From an uncultured cyanobacterium (GTDB taxonomy: Bacteria > Cyanobacteriota > Cyanobacteriia > Cyanobacteriales > CAWUOF01), in the NCBI GenBank assembly GCA_963744145.1, contig CAVUSO010000001.1, positions 2,400,001-2,464,000 on the forward strand: a stretch of 64,000 bases of DNA, in the 5' to 3' direction. Position numbers and translations under genes: made by a program. The notes beneath the pieces were generated by a model. The model saw nothing but the letters and a program-made list of their open reading frames with translations. It ran no database searches and was not told where the DNA came from. Positions 8,831-16,623 of this stretch are shown piece by piece; position 1 is the first letter of the stretch; each line of letters begins with the position of its first letter.

Positions 8831-10319
8831 TCTCTACAAACAAGGTAATTTTACTGCTGCTGAAACACCATTATTTGCTAGTATCAATACTTTAGAAACA
8901 CTAAGAAATGGATTAAATGATAATAATAAAATATCAATATTTGAGACACAAACTGAGCCATATAGCACCTTACAAAAAGTTCTAATTGCCCAGAATAAAA
9001 CCGAATCGGCTCTGGAAATTGCCGAAAGAGGACGTGCTCGTGCCTTAGTAGAATTGTTAACTAAACGGCTATCTAACAACTCAAGTGTCGAATCTGTAAC
9101 TCCTCCACCCGCGATCGCGCAAATCAAACAAATTGCTCAAGCTGAAAATGCTACTTTAGTTCAGTATTCGTTAATTAAAGATGATGTCAAAACCGAAGGA
9201 AAATATCAATATTCAAATCTATATATCTGGGTAGTTCAACCCACAGGTGAAGTCATCTTTCGCCAAGCAGACCTCAAGTCTCTAGGACAGCAACAGCATC
9301 TTTCCTTAGAAGATTTCGTTACCAAAAGCCGTAACTCTATTGGAGTGAGAGGATTACCCGTTCGTGCAGGTCTAACCATCCCGTCTAATATCCTAGCATT
9401 CCTAGAAAAAACCGATGAAGCTACCGCTAAAGATCATCTTCGACAACTCTATCAAATTCTCATCCAGCCGATCGTGGACTTTCTACCAAAAGACCCTAAT
9501 CAGCGAGTTATCTTCATTCCCCAGGATGCCCTCTTTTTAGTCCCTTTCCCCGCATTACAAGATGCCAATGGTAAATACTTAATCGAACAACACACAATTT
9601 TAACAGCTCCTTCGATTCAGGTTTTAGACTTAACACAGAAACAAAAGAAAGAAATAGATACTCAATCAGAAATAGGAAAATCTCTGGTAGTTGGTAATCC
9701 CACCATGCCTAGTGTGCCCTACGAACCTGGAGAACAACCACAGCCACTCCCACAATTACCAGGTGCCGAACAAGAAGCGATCGCGATCGCCAATCTCCTG
9801 CAAACTCAAGCTCTGACGGTCAATCAAGCCACCAAATCAGCGATCGTCCAGAAAATGCAAGAATCACGAATCATTCACTTAGCTACACATGGATTATTGG
9901 ATGATTTGCGCGGATTAGGAAGTGCGATCGCTCTAGCTCCTGATCCTGGAAAACCAGCGGAAGATCAATATGGACGAGCTAACGGTTTACTCACTGCGGA
10001 AGAAATTTTGGACATGAAACTAAAAGCAGATCTAATTGTGTTGAGTGCCTGTAATACCGGACGGGGTAAAATTACTGGTGATGGAGTGATTGGATTATCG
10101 CGATCGCTAATATCCGCAGGAATACCAAGTGTAATGGTTTCCCTGTGGTCAGTTCCCGATGCACCAACTGCGGAATTAATGACGGATTTTTACAATAACT
10201 GGCAAAAACAACATCTGGACAAAGCCCAAGCACTAAGACAAGCTATGCTTAATACTATGAAAACCCATCCTCATCCAATTGACTGGGCTGCGTTTACTTT
10301 GATCGGTGAAGCTAATTGA
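6576..10319 (+). CDS. TPR-repeat plus CHAT domain protein (C-terminal part; the repaired gene 4576-10319 would be about 1910 aa)
   Basis: About 19 near-identical TPRs, then ERGRAR, HLATHG and LSAC CHAT motifs. Confidence 0.9.
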   Translation: MAIDYDKQALAISREIKNREGEGKVLGNLGSAYESLGQYTTAIDYDKQALAIAREIKDRQTEGNALNNIGNAYNSLGQYTTAIDYHQQALAIFREIKDRQTEGGALNNLGNAYESLGQYTTAIDYHKQALVIAREIKDRQTEGKVLGNLGNAYESLGQYITAIDYHKQALVIAREIKDRQTEGKVLGNLGNIYHSLSQYTTAIDYHQQALVIAREIKNRQTEGGDLNNLGNAYEFLGQYTIAIDYHKQALAIAREIKDRQSEGNALDNLGTSYNSLGQYTTAIDYHKQALAISQEIKDRHGEGLTLKNLGSAYEYLGQYTTAIDYYKQALVLAREIKDRQTEGHALGNLGIAYFSLGQYTTAIDYHQQALVLAREIKDRYGEGLALGNLGSDYNAFGQYTTAIDYHKQALAIAREIKDRKNEGAALGDLGLAYQNLGQYYKSIDYEQQLLVIAREIKDRKNEGAALGNLGIAYRYLGQYDKSIDYEQQLLVIAREIKDRQSEGNALGNLGTAYDALGQCTTAIDYYKQALAITHEIKDYQGVGSVLSNLGTAYRTLGQYTTAIDYHQQALAIAREIKDRKNEEVALENLGDTYEVLGQYTTAIDYHQQALAIAHEIKDRRAEGTALNSLGSDYGFLGQYSTAIDYYEKGLAIAHEIKNRYGEGISLDNLGAVYDVLGQYTTAIDYHKQALAIAREIKDRQFVGNALDNLGTVYDDLGQYTTAIDYHKQALAIAREIKDRKNEGTALGNLGFPLYKQGNFTAAETPLFASINTLETLRNGLNDNNKISIFETQTEPYSTLQKVLIAQNKTESALEIAERGRARALVELLTKRLSNNSSVESVTPPPAIAQIKQIAQAENATLVQYSLIKDDVKTEGKYQYSNLYIWVVQPTGEVIFRQADLKSLGQQQHLSLEDFVTKSRNSIGVRGLPVRAGLTIPSNILAFLEKTDEATAKDHLRQLYQILIQPIVDFLPKDPNQRVIFIPQDALFLVPFPALQDANGKYLIEQHTILTAPSIQVLDLTQKQKKEIDTQSEIGKSLVVGNPTMPSVPYEPGEQPQPLPQLPGAEQEAIAIANLLQTQALTVNQATKSAIVQKMQESRIIHLATHGLLDDLRGLGSAIALAPDPGKPAEDQYGRANGLLTAEEILDMKLKADLIVLSACNTGRGKITGDGVIGLSRSLISAGIPSVMVSLWSVPDAPTAELMTDFYNNWQKQHLDKAQALRQAMLNTMKTHPHPIDWAAFTLIGEAN

Positions 10320-10455
10320 AGTTCAGGCTATTCTCTCTTTTTTTGGGCTTTCTTGGATGCGATCGCCAAGTTTAAAGTTTTTTTGCTTTGGATGTGCAGA
10401 AAACCATTAATCACCTCGGTAAAATTAGATACAACTCATTAATTTTCCCACTAAT

Positions 10456-10704
10456 ATGCAAGCTATTGAATTTAAAACCACCATCCATAATGGCATTGTC
10501 ACCATTCCCCCCCAGTACAGTCCTGCATGGGAAGGCAAAATTATTCGTGTCATAGTCTTAGAAGAAGACAATACTGAAAATATACCTAGATTGCCACAAA
10601 ATAATGACTCTTTATTCTCACGCCTGAGAGAAATTAAAATTTCTGCCCCTGCTGATTTTTCTGAAAACATTGATGCTTACCTAAATGGGGAGAAAAATGT
10701 CTAA
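10456..10704 (+). CDS. Antitoxin-like protein
   Basis: 82 aa, MQAIEFKTTIHNG.V.IP start, overlaps the PIN gene. Confidence 0.7.
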   Translation: MQAIEFKTTIHNGIVTIPPQYSPAWEGKIIRVIVLEEDNTENIPRLPQNNDSLFSRLREIKISAPADFSENIDAYLNGEKNV

Positions 10705-11098
10705 CGCCCTATTTGTTGATACGAGCTATATTATTGCGTTAATCAATTCAACTGATCAAAATCATCAGAAAGCACTGCAACTATCTAAACAATACGAAGG
10801 ATATCCAATTATTACCACCGATGCTATTCTTCTAGAAATTGGTAATGCACTCTCAAGGATTGCCCGTCAAGCAGCAGCTACCATTATTAACTATTTCCAG
10901 ACTGCCCAAGAAGCAACTGTCATATCCCTCACTCCAGAGCTGTTAAACGCCGCTATCCAAATGTATGAAATGCACCAAGATAAAACTTGGGGGCTAGTCG
11001 ATTGCCTTTCTTTTGTAGTCATGAAACAACAACAGATTTCAATAGCATTAGCTTTTGATCGCCATTTCATGCAAGCAGGATTTACTTTAGCCCAATAA
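10697..11098 (+). CDS. PIN-domain (VapC) toxin
   Basis: FVDTS...E...WGLVDCLSF...AFDRHF acidic PIN motifs. Confidence 0.88.
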   Translation: MSNALFVDTSYIIALINSTDQNHQKALQLSKQYEGYPIITTDAILLEIGNALSRIARQAAATIINYFQTAQEATVISLTPELLNAAIQMYEMHQDKTWGLVDCLSFVVMKQQQISIALAFDRHFMQAGFTLAQ

Positions 11099-11177
11099 AA
11101 CAAATGCAACCAGATAAAACACCCCAAACCATTAAACTTGACGAACACAACCAGGTAAAAAAGCCATTGTCAGATCA

Positions 11178-11292
11178 AACTGAAAGCGGATCTAATTGTG
11201 TTGAGTATTTGCGATACTGGGCAGGGCAGAATTGGAGATGAGATGATTAGATTGTCGCGATCGCTAATATCCGCAGGAATACCAAGTGTAGT
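11178..11292 (+). pseudogene. Decayed CHAT fragment
   Basis: Degenerate copy of 10017-10133 (aaactgaaagcggatctaattgtgttgagt...gcaggaataccaagtgta). Confidence 0.75.
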
Positions 11293-11703
11293 TTAGGCTA
11301 TTCTCTCTTTTGTTGGGTTTTCTTGGATGCGATCGCCAAACTTAGTTGCTAGTTTCCGATCAAAAGTTAGCACTTGAGTATCAGATTGAATTGCTGCTGC
11401 TACAAACAAGGTATCGTAGAAAGGATGACTGGCATCAACTGCTAGTTTTAGTGCAACATCCTGAATTTGAGAAGTAGGAACTATTACATCAACCAATGCT
11501 TCAGCGTCTTGTAGCACATCTAAACCTATTTGCAAGGGTAGTTGCCGAAATTGTATCCATTGCCAAATCACATTGCCTAACTCTGCAAACAATGAATCAG
11601 GCACCACAATCTGATCTACACTTTCTAACGCTGCGATCGCTTGCTGATAACCGTTTTCTACATGCAAAAGTGCATAGGCAAATACCATCGTATCAATCAC
11701 CAT
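11293..11703 (-). CDS. PIN-domain toxin (FitB-like)
   Basis: VIDT...AE...FYDTLFVA...LTFDRKL PIN motifs. Confidence 0.85.
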   Translation of the reverse strand: MVIDTMVFAYALLHVENGYQQAIAALESVDQIVVPDSLFAELGNVIWQWIQFRQLPLQIGLDVLQDAEALVDVIVPTSQIQDVALKLAVDASHPFYDTLFVAAAIQSDTQVLTFDRKLATKFGDRIQENPTKERIA

Positions 11704-11927
11704 TAGGGTCTACCTTGTGATTTCCAAGTCTGCACCTGACTTTCTGATTCTATCGGTAACGCTTGAGCCCTTTGACGAATCCGAGCAAGCACTTCATCAC
11801 GTTGTCCATATCGTTTTTGTAACAAATCGCCAACTTCTTGCTCCATAGAAATTCCCTTTCGTTCTGCCAAGCGTTTAATGCGATTTAGTAACTCATCGGA
11901 TATATTGCGTATAGTAATTGTAGCCAT
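11703..11927 (-). CDS. Ribbon-helix-helix antitoxin (FitA-like)
   Basis: MATITIRNISDEL...LAERKGISMEQEV; GGAGG RBS before ATG 11927. Confidence 0.85.
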   Translation of the reverse strand: MATITIRNISDELLNRIKRLAERKGISMEQEVGDLLQKRYGQRDEVLARIRQRAQALPIESESQVQTWKSQGRP

Positions 11928-12001
11928 CGTGCCTCCTTTGCTGGTGCTAGCCAAGTAGCGAATCATTAATTCTATGCTAGCCATCTACTGGCATTTTTGG
12001 T

Positions 12002-12256
12002 TACATGGATTATTGGATGATCTGCACAGATTAGGAAGTGTGATCGCTCTAGCTCCTGACCCTGGAAAACCAGCGGAAGACCAATTTGGACGGGCTAATG
12101 GCTTACTCACTGTGTCAGAAATTTTGGACATGAAGCTAAAAGCAGATTTGTGTTGAGTGCCTGCGATCCGAGACGGGGCAAGATTACTGGGGATGGGGTG
12201 ATTGGATTGTCGCGATCGCTAATATCGGCAGGAATACCAAGTGTAATGGTTTCCCT
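12002..12256 (+). pseudogene. Decayed CHAT fragment
   Basis: HGLLDDL...ANGLLT..EILDMKLKAD, then a frameshift; matches 9886-10144. Confidence 0.85.
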
Positions 12257-12432
12257 CTATTTAATCTGCAAATTTAATTTAATCAATTAAAAAACTATTT
12301 ATCTCATCAATAAATTTTTTAAGCTGTTTAACACTATTAATTAAATGTAGATACAAAAATTCCTAATCAATATAGGTGATAATCTCTTTCGATTTTTCTT
12401 CGCTTTTGTCAAGCGATTTTCTTTGGCATATT

Positions 12433-13614
12433 CTATTCTTCCTCGATCGCGAGTTTTTCTTGGACGACAAACTCGCTAGTGAAAAAATCAAAATTATTAA
12501 GTCCAATAAACTTAAACTGCTCAATTTTGTCTTTCGAGTTAAAAATATTGTGTAATTTGGCACTACCTGATTTTCGTTCAATAACTGACCAATATTCTAA
12601 GGGAACACCATTCATAATAAATTCATCATTGGTAGTCATAATCAATTGAACTAATCCCGTTGCAGCTTTTTCAATAAGTATTTTAATGATCGCAGCAGAT
12701 CTTTCATAATCTAAACCTTCCCCAATATCATCAATAACAATACAACTAGGTTTACTCGATAGTAAAGAGTAGTTAATTTGAATAAACAATGATAATGCTC
12801 GAAACATTCCTTGTGACATTTCTGATTGTTCTGTAAAAGACTTTAAATCTTCTTCTTGAACATATAGAAATTCTACGACTTTACCTGGATGATCAGGAAA
12901 AATAATATTCTCTTTTAGGAAAGATGGCACTTTGGTTCCAATTTCTGATATATTATAGCCGATTCTTTTCATATCGCTGATAATTGCTTGTGTAAACCTC
13001 TTATTCATCTCTTCTTTTCCAAGCACAAATATACCAACAACATAATTATAATCTTTAAAGTTAATATTGGTTCCTATTGATTCGCTCCTAGAAATACCAG
13101 CTATCTTATCCTTACCTAATTGAGAACCAAACTCATAAAATCTTAGTGAATTAGACCATTGATATAAATCTTCTAAAAAAGGATGTTGGATCTCATCTCT
13201 GTGCTTGACTACAGCAAGTTCTGCTTTAGGAATTTTAAACTGTATGGATCTCTTGATTTCTTGAGTAAAAATATCGGCTGTGCCCAATTCGTCTCGCTTC
13301 AAAAGTTCTTTATGACCGATACAGAGTTTTTCTTGAATTACCAGACCTTTTTCTATTTTTAATATATATTCTGTTTGTTTTTCTGGCTGTTCAATATCAA
13401 ATAATAAGCGCCATTCATTATTTCCTAGTTGCGGATTAATAGTACCACTGTTTGATAATAGTTCTGAGAGAATATTGATAGCTTTTATAGTTCTTGATTT
13501 ACCAGTAGCATTTTTACCTACAATTAAATTTATTGTCCTCAACCGACATTCTTGTAATTGCCATTCACTAGGTAGACCTTGATTATAACAATATTTAAAA
13601 CTGTCTAGCTTCAT
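12433..13614 (-). CDS. AAA_21/AbiEii-type ABC-like ATPase
   Basis: Walker A GKNATGKS, signature MSQG, Walker B IVIDDIGEGLD. AT-rich. No intact downstream partner visible. Confidence 0.8.
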   Translation of the reverse strand: MKLDSFKYCYNQGLPSEWQLQECRLRTINLIVGKNATGKSRTIKAINILSELLSNSGTINPQLGNNEWRLLFDIEQPEKQTEYILKIEKGLVIQEKLCIGHKELLKRDELGTADIFTQEIKRSIQFKIPKAELAVVKHRDEIQHPFLEDLYQWSNSLRFYEFGSQLGKDKIAGISRSESIGTNINFKDYNYVVGIFVLGKEEMNKRFTQAIISDMKRIGYNISEIGTKVPSFLKENIIFPDHPGKVVEFLYVQEEDLKSFTEQSEMSQGMFRALSLFIQINYSLLSSKPSCIVIDDIGEGLDYERSAAIIKILIEKAATGLVQLIMTTNDEFIMNGVPLEYWSVIERKSGSAKLHNIFNSKDKIEQFKFIGLNNFDFFTSEFVVQEKLAIEEE

Positions 13615-13747
13615 AATTTTTGATCTTTGATTATCAAACAACTCTTGATCCAGGGCAAATATGCAGACATTTTTATTATTACAGATTTTTACCTTGTATT
13701 ATAACACAATAGGGTTTAGTTAAGCGATCAGAAAGCAAAAATAACTA

Positions 13748-13813
13748 GGACAGTCAAGATGACTGTCCCACAAGAGGTTTTTTTTTCTAGTGGGACGGAC
13801 ATCTTGTCTGTCC
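13748..13813. repeat. Cyanobacterial REP-like palindromic pair
   Basis: ggacagtcaagatgactgtcc...gggacggacatcttgtctgtcc; same family as 63660-63723. Confidence 0.65.
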
Positions 13814-13863
13814 CTCTGTTTGATCATCTGTCCCTCTGTTTGATCATCTGTCCCTCTGTTTGA
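13807..13863. repeat. 20-bp tandem repeat x3
   Basis: tctgtccctctgtttgatca repeated with no spacers. Confidence 0.85.
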
Positions 13864-13869
13864 CAACAG

Positions 13870-14205
13870 TTAATCTTGATTTTCTTGTAAATTAGCTGTT
13901 TTGGCAATAGCTGGAGGAATAAAATTTGTCAGAGTTGCTAAAATATTCTGACATTGAGCGCAGCGGTTTCCTTCTAAACACCAACATTCTTTCACCAATC
14001 GACGCAGAAATGTCTTCAGTTTCCGATTTTCATCTACAACTTTTTTAAACCTAGTCTGTACTTGTTCAAGCGATCGCGATACATAACTTAAATCTGCCGC
14101 AATTCCATCTAAATTCATCAAGGTATCTTCGCTAAAACTATCGATATTATCCAGATGATGATCTAGCAGCATTTCCCCTAATCGATGAGTGATATTTGTT
14201 TGCAT
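13870..14205 (-). CDS. Hypothetical coiled-coil protein with CxC-x4-CxxC motif
   Basis: Heptad region followed by CWCLEGNRCAQC; ATG 14205. Confidence 0.7.
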   Translation of the reverse strand: MQTNITHRLGEMLLDHHLDNIDSFSEDTLMNLDGIAADLSYVSRSLEQVQTRFKKVVDENRKLKTFLRRLVKECWCLEGNRCAQCQNILATLTNFIPPAIAKTANLQENQD

Positions 14206-14236
14206 TGCTTTTCCATTCCTAATTAACAAAATTAAA

Positions 14237-14268
14237 CCTGGATGATCAGATTTTAAAGATCATCCAGG
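14237..14268. terminator. Stem-loop between operon genes
   Basis: Perfect 11-bp stem CCTGGATGATC / GATCATCCAGG; T-rich downstream on the minus strand. Confidence 0.6.
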
Positions 14269-14278
14269 ATTCATCCAT

Positions 14279-14980
14279 CTATGCTACGGCACTAGGTTTT
14301 CTCAATTCACTCTCAATTTCCATCACTTCTGCTGGTAACAACATTTCATTATGACCATGATTAGAGTCTGTATGAGTTGCCATTAAACAGGCAATTTGAT
14401 GGGGTGGTAAATTATCTAAGCAGATCATCTGACTCGTCCCTTCTAAATCAATCATCCGGGACTGATTGTGAGCATCTGCTAATACTGCTGCTGCTTGTTC
14501 TACTAGACCCCAATTAGTGCGTTCCACCCAATCCCATTTAATGCTATAATAATTGATTGGTTTGATCACACCTTCATCATTTGGTTTTTGTCCGGAATGC
14601 TTAATAAATTCGGGCACAAAAATTCCTTCAGCTGGTTCGACTCCCCGGGATTGAACGGAAGCAACTAAACGATTAAAATCGCTCAAACTGCGTCCTTTAA
14701 TATAGGTCACCATCACCACACCGGTTGGTAATTCTCCAGCTTCAGCTACAAACCATAATTGTCCCCACAAGGTGTTTTGAGTTTGTCCTAAACTGCCAAA
14801 AAATTTGCTGAATTTCAAAATTGTCATGGAGACTTTAGAACCATATTCTGTATCCGAAATTCGCCATTTTCCACTTTGACAATCATTCCGAACCGCAATG
14901 GGAATTTCTGGAACTAATAGAGCATCTTGGGCTTTAGAACCAAATACATTTATCATTGGTTTTTCATTTAGCTTCTTCAT
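14279..14980 (-). CDS. Hypothetical beta-rich protein, possibly ssDNA-binding
   Basis: 233 aa, AGGA RBS, aromatic beta-strand pattern and acidic/flexible tail; function is inferred only. Confidence 0.75.
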   Translation of the reverse strand: MKKLNEKPMINVFGSKAQDALLVPEIPIAVRNDCQSGKWRISDTEYGSKVSMTILKFSKFFGSLGQTQNTLWGQLWFVAEAGELPTGVVMVTYIKGRSLSDFNRLVASVQSRGVEPAEGIFVPEFIKHSGQKPNDEGVIKPINYYSIKWDWVERTNWGLVEQAAAVLADAHNQSRMIDLEGTSQMICLDNLPPHQIACLMATHTDSNHGHNEMLLPAEVMEIESELRKPSAVA

Positions 14981-15031
14981 TTTTATTTCTTCCTAATTGG
15001 TGTAAATTGACTGAAATATTCCCGTTCTTTC

Positions 15032-15307
15032 CTACTTTTCTGATCCCACAGGATACTGAAGTAAACGTCCATTTGTAGATCCAGTTTGACGCTCTAAGTT
15101 GGGCTGAGTTTTGATTCCTCGTAATGCTTCCACCAAGCTTTCTAAAATTTCGATGTGTGCTGGTTGAAAATGAATACTGAATCCTTGTCCATCTCGAGCT
15201 GAACCAGGGCATATTAAAGAGCAAGAGCTATATTCTGAGTGGGTGGCAATATATAGCCAGTCTTTTTCAATTAGCTTATAATGGGTATCATTCCAGGTTC
15301 TTAGCAT
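15032..15307 (-). CDS. Hypothetical protein
   Basis: 91 aa from ATG 15307 with AGGAGAAGG RBS; first gene after the leftward promoter. Confidence 0.65.
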   Translation of the reverse strand: MLRTWNDTHYKLIEKDWLYIATHSEYSSCSLICPGSARDGQGFSIHFQPAHIEILESLVEALRGIKTQPNLERQTGSTNGRLLQYPVGSEK

Positions 15308-15418
15308 TGTCCTTCTCCTAGTTGCTGCTGTCACCAAGCAGATTAGACCAGTGCCCCAGCTTTGGCCCACTTGCTTTCTGCGGTAAAAGCTAGATGAGTT
15401 GGTGAAAGTGTTGCTGTA

Positions 15419-15511
15419 TTGACTTTTTCATCAACCTAAATACATCCTAACCTAGGTTGATTTTTTCGTCAAGTAGATTTGGTTGATTTTTTCATCAAAT
15501 TTAGCTAAGAT
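15419..15511. promoter_or_regulatory. Divergent promoters with three TTGA-N8-TCAA operators
   Basis: Operators at 15419-15434, 15457-15472 and 15483-15498. Leftward TTGACG-17-TAGGAT (15472-15444). Rightward TTGATT-17-TAAGAT (15483-15511). Confidence 0.8.
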
Positions 15512-15536
15512 ACCTATATAGTTGGAGAAAAAAGTC

Positions 15537-15887
15537 GTGCCTCAAAGTTTTGGTAAGCTACTTTTACAAGCCCGCAAAGACAAGGGATACTCTCAGAGGG
15601 AACTAGCGGCTCTATTAAAGCTAGATTTCACCTATTTGTCTAAGCTGGAAAATGATCGGGCAGAGTATGCCCCGAAAGAAGAAGTTATTCGGTCATTGGC
15701 CCACCATTTGGATTTAGATGCAGAGGAATTAATTTTCCTGGCTGGAAGATTTCCCCAACAGGATGAGGATTTTCTGAAGCAGAATTATAAGAATATGCCC
15801 GTTTTATTTCGGCGAATGCGGGAAAATCCTGATTTTGCGACCAAAATCTTTCAAGCTGCTACGGCAATCCAGGAGAAGCAAAGTTGA
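15537..15887 (+). CDS. XRE-family HTH transcriptional repressor
   Basis: SQRELA...FTYLSKLEN HTH; GTG start after GGAG; overlaps the peptidase start. Confidence 0.88.
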   Translation: MPQSFGKLLLQARKDKGYSQRELAALLKLDFTYLSKLENDRAEYAPKEEVIRSLAHHLDLDAEELIFLAGRFPQQDEDFLKQNYKNMPVLFRRMRENPDFATKIFQAATAIQEKQS

Positions 15888-16603
15888 GTATTTTCAAGCC
15901 CTATCGTTTTTATCCTAAAGAAGAAATAGAACAGAGGGCGAATGACATCCTGTGGCAAATGCAGCAGCGTGGCCAAGGATTCGCCCCTGATTGGCCATTT
16001 GAAGCGTCCCGAGTAGCGGATTTTTTGGATTTGGGGGTAGTCTGGGATCAGATTACCCCGGATGAAGAAGGGCCGATCGCGGCGAGAATTCTCCCGACCA
16101 GGCGGCAAATCGAGATTAATGAAGATATTCTGAATTTGCCCCAGGGGTTTCAGGAATCGACGATCGCCCATGAAATTGGTCATTGGATCTTACATATTGA
16201 TCAATATGAAGTGGATGAGGTGGTCAAGCAGTCGGCCATTAATATCGGTCCTTTTGTGTGTCGAGTGAATAGCACTCAGCCCCAAATTGCTTCCATGGAA
16301 TGGCAAGCTCAATATTTTGCTAGCTGTTTGCTGATGCCCAAGCACATTTTACAGGAAAAATGTCAGGGGCTTGATTTAAGGAAGTGGTCTGATCTCTATT
16401 TAATGCGTGAGCACTTAGGGGTGAGCATTTCTAATTTGGCTAATCGTTTGCAGGATCTGGGTTGGATTTACATTCCCAAGGGCAGCAGACGGATTTATGG
16501 TAGTAAGGAAGAAGCTAATCGGAGATCTCTGGATAGTTCTGAGGATTTTTTGACCCAGGCGATCGCCCGAGTTCCTGTTGGTAATTCCTTGAGCCGCTGT
16601 TGA
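15884..16603 (+). CDS. ImmA/IrrE-family zinc metallo-endopeptidase
   Basis: TIAHEIGH (HExxH), EWQA..FAS.LLMP and a C-terminal HTH. Confidence 0.92.
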   Translation: MSIFKPYRFYPKEEIEQRANDILWQMQQRGQGFAPDWPFEASRVADFLDLGVVWDQITPDEEGPIAARILPTRRQIEINEDILNLPQGFQESTIAHEIGHWILHIDQYEVDEVVKQSAINIGPFVCRVNSTQPQIASMEWQAQYFASCLLMPKHILQEKCQGLDLRKWSDLYLMREHLGVSISNLANRLQDLGWIYIPKGSRRIYGSKEEANRRSLDSSEDFLTQAIARVPVGNSLSRC

Positions 16604-16623
16604 CAAATTAGAAAAATTTGATA

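Noticed and set aside
13807..13863. 20-bp repeat x3 as a possible CRISPR array
   Set aside because: Units are contiguous with no spacers and there are no cas genes in the window
13870..16603. Prophage or ICE
   Set aside because: No integrase, att repeats, replication, structural or conjugation genes nearby
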